From Minisyncoccota bacterium (GTDB taxonomy: Bacteria; Patescibacteriota; Minisyncoccia; UBA6257): DNA of 64,000 nucleotides. This document shows positions 61,256 to 64,000 of this stretch, one piece after another (positions within the stretch are counted from its first letter, which is position 1; every line of letters starts with the position of its first letter). The notes under the pieces were generated by a model, which had not been told where the DNA came from, searched no databases, and saw only the letters and a program-made list of their open reading frames with translations. The stretch is from contig JAQVJU010000001.1 of NCBI GenBank assembly GCA_028694995.1, positions 173,318-237,317 of the forward strand, given 5' to 3'. Both the position numbers and the translations under genes were made by a program.

Positions 61256-61510
61256 ATGTTAATAAAAGTTAAAGTTATTTCCCGTTCTCGCAAACAAGGA
61301 GTGGTGAAAAAAGCCATGGATAGTTATGAAGTTAGAGTTAGGGCTAGACCTTTGCATGGTGAAGCTAATAAAGAAGCTAGAGAAGTTTTATCAAAATATT
61401 TTGAAATACCAGAGCGTCAGATAAAAATCATCAAGGGATTTAGACAGACAAATAAGATTTTCTCTGTGCCCTTGAACTTAGAAAATAATAAAAACAAGGT
61501 CGTAAAATAA
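61256..61510 (+). CDS. DUF167/UPF0235 family protein
   Basis: IKVKV..RSRK, VRVRARP..GEAN, IIKG...K. Confidence 0.85.
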   Translation: MLIKVKVISRSRKQGVVKKAMDSYEVRVRARPLHGEANKEAREVLSKYFEIPERQIKIIKGFRQTNKIFSVPLNLENNKNKVVK

Positions 61511-61523
61511 TATAAAAATAAAT

Positions 61524-61769
61524 ATGGCAGAAATATTTACAGAATCAATGGCACTAAGTGCTGGTTTATTAGAAATAAATCCTTGGGTTATTGTTTTGAT
61601 TATGATTTGGGATATGGTTTGGAGAGGTATTGCTCTCTGGAAAGCAGCAAGAAACAATGATCAATGGTGGTACATAGCTTTAATGGTTGTTAATAGTATT
61701 GGGATTTTAGGAATAATTTATATTTTCCTTTTTAGTAAGAAAAAAGAATCAGTAGCTAAAGAACAATAA
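61524..61769 (+). CDS. DUF5652-like small membrane protein
   Basis: W...WRGIALWKAARN.D.WW...L..VNS.GIL.IIY. Confidence 0.8.
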   Translation: MAEIFTESMALSAGLLEINPWVIVLIMIWDMVWRGIALWKAARNNDQWWYIALMVVNSIGILGIIYIFLFSKKKESVAKEQ

Positions 61770-61781
61770 GGAAAAGCATTT

Positions 61782-61807
61782 AAAAAACGCCTGAATAAGG
61801 CGTTTTT
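61782..61807 (+). terminator. Intrinsic terminator, possibly bidirectional
   Basis: AAAAAACGCCT-GAATA-AGGCGTTTTT. Confidence 0.8.
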
Positions 61808-61836
61808 GTTATTGTCTTTTATGATATAATAATCAT

Positions 61837-63039
61837 ATGAATTTATACAATAAACCTTTAGCTGATAGAATGAGGCCTAATTCTTTAGAAGATTTTTTAG
61901 GCCAGGATGATTTAGTTGGCAAAGGGAAATTATTAAGAAAAGCGATTGAGGCAGATAATATTCCTTCAATGATTTTTTGGGGGCCACCAGGAAGTGGAAA
62001 GACTACTTTAGCCTATATCATTGCTCAAAAAACCAAATCAGATTTTCAACAATTAAGTGCTGTTTCCAGTGGCCTAAAGGATTTAAGAGAGATTATCAAA
62101 CAAGCTGAAGTTAATAAAAGACTAGGGACTAAAACTATTCTTTTTATAGATGAAATTCATCGTTGGAATAAATCTCAACAGGATTCCTTATTGCCCAATA
62201 TAGAAAAGGGGGTGATTGTTTTAATTGGGGCGACTACAGAAAATCCTAGTTTTGAAATAGTTGGTCCTTTACTTTCTCGTTGTCGGGTTTTTGTTTTAAA
62301 ACAATTAGCAAAACCTCATTTAAAAAAAATAATCAAAAGGGCTGTTGAAGATAAAGAAAATGGAATAGGGAGATTGAAAATTAAAATAGATGATAAGACA
62401 ATTGAGTTAATAACAGAAATGAGTAATGGTGATGCACGGATTGCTCTTAATATATTAGAATATGCTTCTTCTTTGTCAAAAAATATAGATAAATCTATTG
62501 TTAAGCAAGCATTTCAAAAATCAAATTTGTTTTATGATAAAGATGGGGAAGAACATTATAATATAATATCTGCTCTTCATAAATCAATGCGTGGTTCTGA
62601 TCCCAATGCTGCTTTATATTGGTTGGCCAGAATGTTAGAAGCAGGGGAAGAACCATTATATATAGCTCGTCGTTTAGTACGTTTTGCCTCTGAAGATATT
62701 GGTTTAGCTAATTCTCAGGCTTTAGAGCAAGCAGTGGCTGCTTATCAAGCTTGTCATTTTATTGGTATGCCAGAGTGCAATGTTATCTTAGCTCAAGCAG
62801 TGGTTTATATGTCTAAATGCAAAAAATCTAATAATTTATACCAAGCTTATGAGCAAGCAGTTATTGATGTTAGAAAATATGGTAATCTACCAGTGCCTTT
62901 ACATATTCGTAATGCTTCAACTAAATTAATGAAAAAATTAGGTTATGGTAAAGGATATAAATACAGTCCAGATTATAATTATAAAGAAAAACAAGAATAT
63001 TTACCTAAAGAATTAAAAGATAGGAAATATCTTAAATAA
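61837..63039 (+). CDS. rarA: Replication-associated recombination protein RarA/MgsA
   Basis: PLADRMRP, WGPPGSGKTT, FIDEIHR, GATTENP, SALHKSMRGSD. Confidence 0.96.
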   Translation: MNLYNKPLADRMRPNSLEDFLGQDDLVGKGKLLRKAIEADNIPSMIFWGPPGSGKTTLAYIIAQKTKSDFQQLSAVSSGLKDLREIIKQAEVNKRLGTKTILFIDEIHRWNKSQQDSLLPNIEKGVIVLIGATTENPSFEIVGPLLSRCRVFVLKQLAKPHLKKIIKRAVEDKENGIGRLKIKIDDKTIELITEMSNGDARIALNILEYASSLSKNIDKSIVKQAFQKSNLFYDKDGEEHYNIISALHKSMRGSDPNAALYWLARMLEAGEEPLYIARRLVRFASEDIGLANSQALEQAVAAYQACHFIGMPECNVILAQAVVYMSKCKKSNNLYQAYEQAVIDVRKYGNLPVPLHIRNASTKLMKKLGYGKGYKYSPDYNYKEKQEYLPKELKDRKYLK

Positions 63040-63081
63040 AAATTAATTTACAATAGGTGTTATTATTAATTAATAAAAGAC

Positions 63082-63110
63082 TTGACAAATCAAAAAAAAG
63101 GAGTTATATT
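63082..63110 (+). promoter_or_regulatory. Sigma70-type promoter
   Basis: TTGACA, 17-bp spacer, TATATT. Confidence 0.6.
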
Positions 63111-63151
63111 TAATATAATTCTTTGTACTTTTAAAATTAAAAAGAAAAGGA

Positions 63152-63877
63152 GTGAGAACAATGAAACGAGTGTTATTGATTATATTTTTGATAGTTTTTT
63201 GTTTTAGTTTGAATGTTGAAGCAAGTTTGAAATTTGGGGATTGGGATAAATGGGATGAAGAGTTGCCTCCGTGGAATAATATAGGATGGAAAGAAAAAGA
63301 AAATTGGTCAATCTTTGCAAGTTATCCTTTATTACCAGGAAGCATAGTAAGATTTTATGTTGACGGAGATTGGGTAATGTTGAAGCTTGACGATAAACTA
63401 AATGAAAGTCAACTTTATAATGTGTTTTTTTTGTTAACACGTTTATCTTTTACGGATAAAAAAAATAAAGTTTCTATAGTTCTTTTATCCTCACTTCCTA
63501 TAGAAAAAATAAATTCACCATTAAAATTCCTCTGCACTGAAGAAGCTTTGAGGGTTGCAGAATTAGCTTTAGTGGTTTTTCCTCCCCAAAAAGGAGAAGT
63601 ATTAGTTTTGGCTTATAAGAAAAATAAAGAATTTTCTTCTTTAGTATTTTTAGAAAAATGGGTTGCTTTATTTAAGGATAATACAATTTTATTACCTGAG
63701 AATAATGATGGATTTAGGCAACAATACCAAAGCTGGATAGAAAAACAAAAGGTAGCCGAGACCTATCAATTGTTACCCAGATTAGTTATTACAAACGAAA
63801 AGAAAAAAGAGTTTTTGGTTGGAATTGGTTTGCAGATTTTAGAGAACAGTAAAATAAAAACAACAATTGTTTTTTAA
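63152..63877 (+). CDS. Hypothetical secreted protein
   Basis: Signal peptide MKRVLLIIFLIVFCFSLNVEA; AAGGA just upstream; no recognisable domain. Confidence 0.6.
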   Translation: MRTMKRVLLIIFLIVFCFSLNVEASLKFGDWDKWDEELPPWNNIGWKEKENWSIFASYPLLPGSIVRFYVDGDWVMLKLDDKLNESQLYNVFFLLTRLSFTDKKNKVSIVLLSSLPIEKINSPLKFLCTEEALRVAELALVVFPPQKGEVLVLAYKKNKEFSSLVFLEKWVALFKDNTILLPENNDGFRQQYQSWIEKQKVAETYQLLPRLVITNEKKKEFLVGIGLQILENSKIKTTIVF

Positions 63878-63887
63878 TTTTATGCTT

Positions 63888-63915
63888 AAGGAACAGAGAA
63901 ATCTCTGTTCCTTTT
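63888..63915 (+). terminator. Intrinsic terminator
   Basis: AAGGAACAGAGA-AA-TCTCTGTTCCTT followed by T-rich tail. Confidence 0.85.
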
Positions 63916-63940
63916 ATTTTTATTTTGATAAATAACTAAC

Positions 63941-63968
63941 TTGACAAAATTTATCAATCCAATATACT
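63941..63968 (+). promoter_or_regulatory. Sigma70-type promoter for the next gene beyond the window
   Basis: TTGACA, 16-bp spacer, TATACT. Confidence 0.55.
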
Positions 63969-64000
63969 TAATATATAGAACTTAATAATAAAAAACATGA

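Noticed and set aside
2923-63440. Numerous short antisense or nested ORFs in the track (e.g. 13076-13447, 22734-23057, 29584-29895, 35223-35537, 49983-50246)
   Set aside because: Shadow ORFs of well-supported genes with no recognisable motifs
1-64000. Alternative genetic code 25, CRISPR arrays, IS/integrase genes, introns or inteins
   Set aside because: TGA terminates infC, rplT and trmD normally; no repeat-spacer array or transposase seen; rpoB, rpoC, polA and nrdD show no large insertions

Overview
AT-rich, gene-dense bacterial chromosome segment in genetic code 11 (TGA is used as a stop). Gene content points to Patescibacteria/CPR, Parcubacteria-like (inference): short aspS without the GAD insert, type-2 ileS, split comEC, membrane-anchored Clp ATPase, DUF5652, short SMC, and AT-rich leaders mostly lacking Shine-Dalgarno motifs. 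Most of the window is housekeeping: polA, mutM, holA, rpsT, smpB-ssrA-infC-rpmI-rplT, ileS, rpmF-nusB-rnc-smc, khpA-trmD, rpoBC, htrA-clpB, pth, lepB-hisS-rpsU-ybeY-ftsA-ftsZ, nrdDG, comEC, aspS, rpmB, ndk, tRNA-Pro and rarA. I see no mobile element or CRISPR array. Features missing from the ORF track are tmRNA (tag ANLKPAYAYA), rpmI, tRNA-Pro(GGG) and two promoter-driven rod-shaped ncRNA candidates (about 5904-6074 and 57844-57978). The most unusual items are these two RNAs, a tandem double PilB/GspE ATPase, a membrane-anchored half-degenerate Clp ATPase with a small membrane partner, a 700-aa apparently hingeless SMC, a ClpB carrying a ClpP-docking-like LGF motif, a frameshifted rtcB next to archease, a miniature TsaB-like ORF, and FtsZ with a long lysine-rich N-terminal tail. 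All calls come from motif recognition by eye; no searches or folding programs were run.
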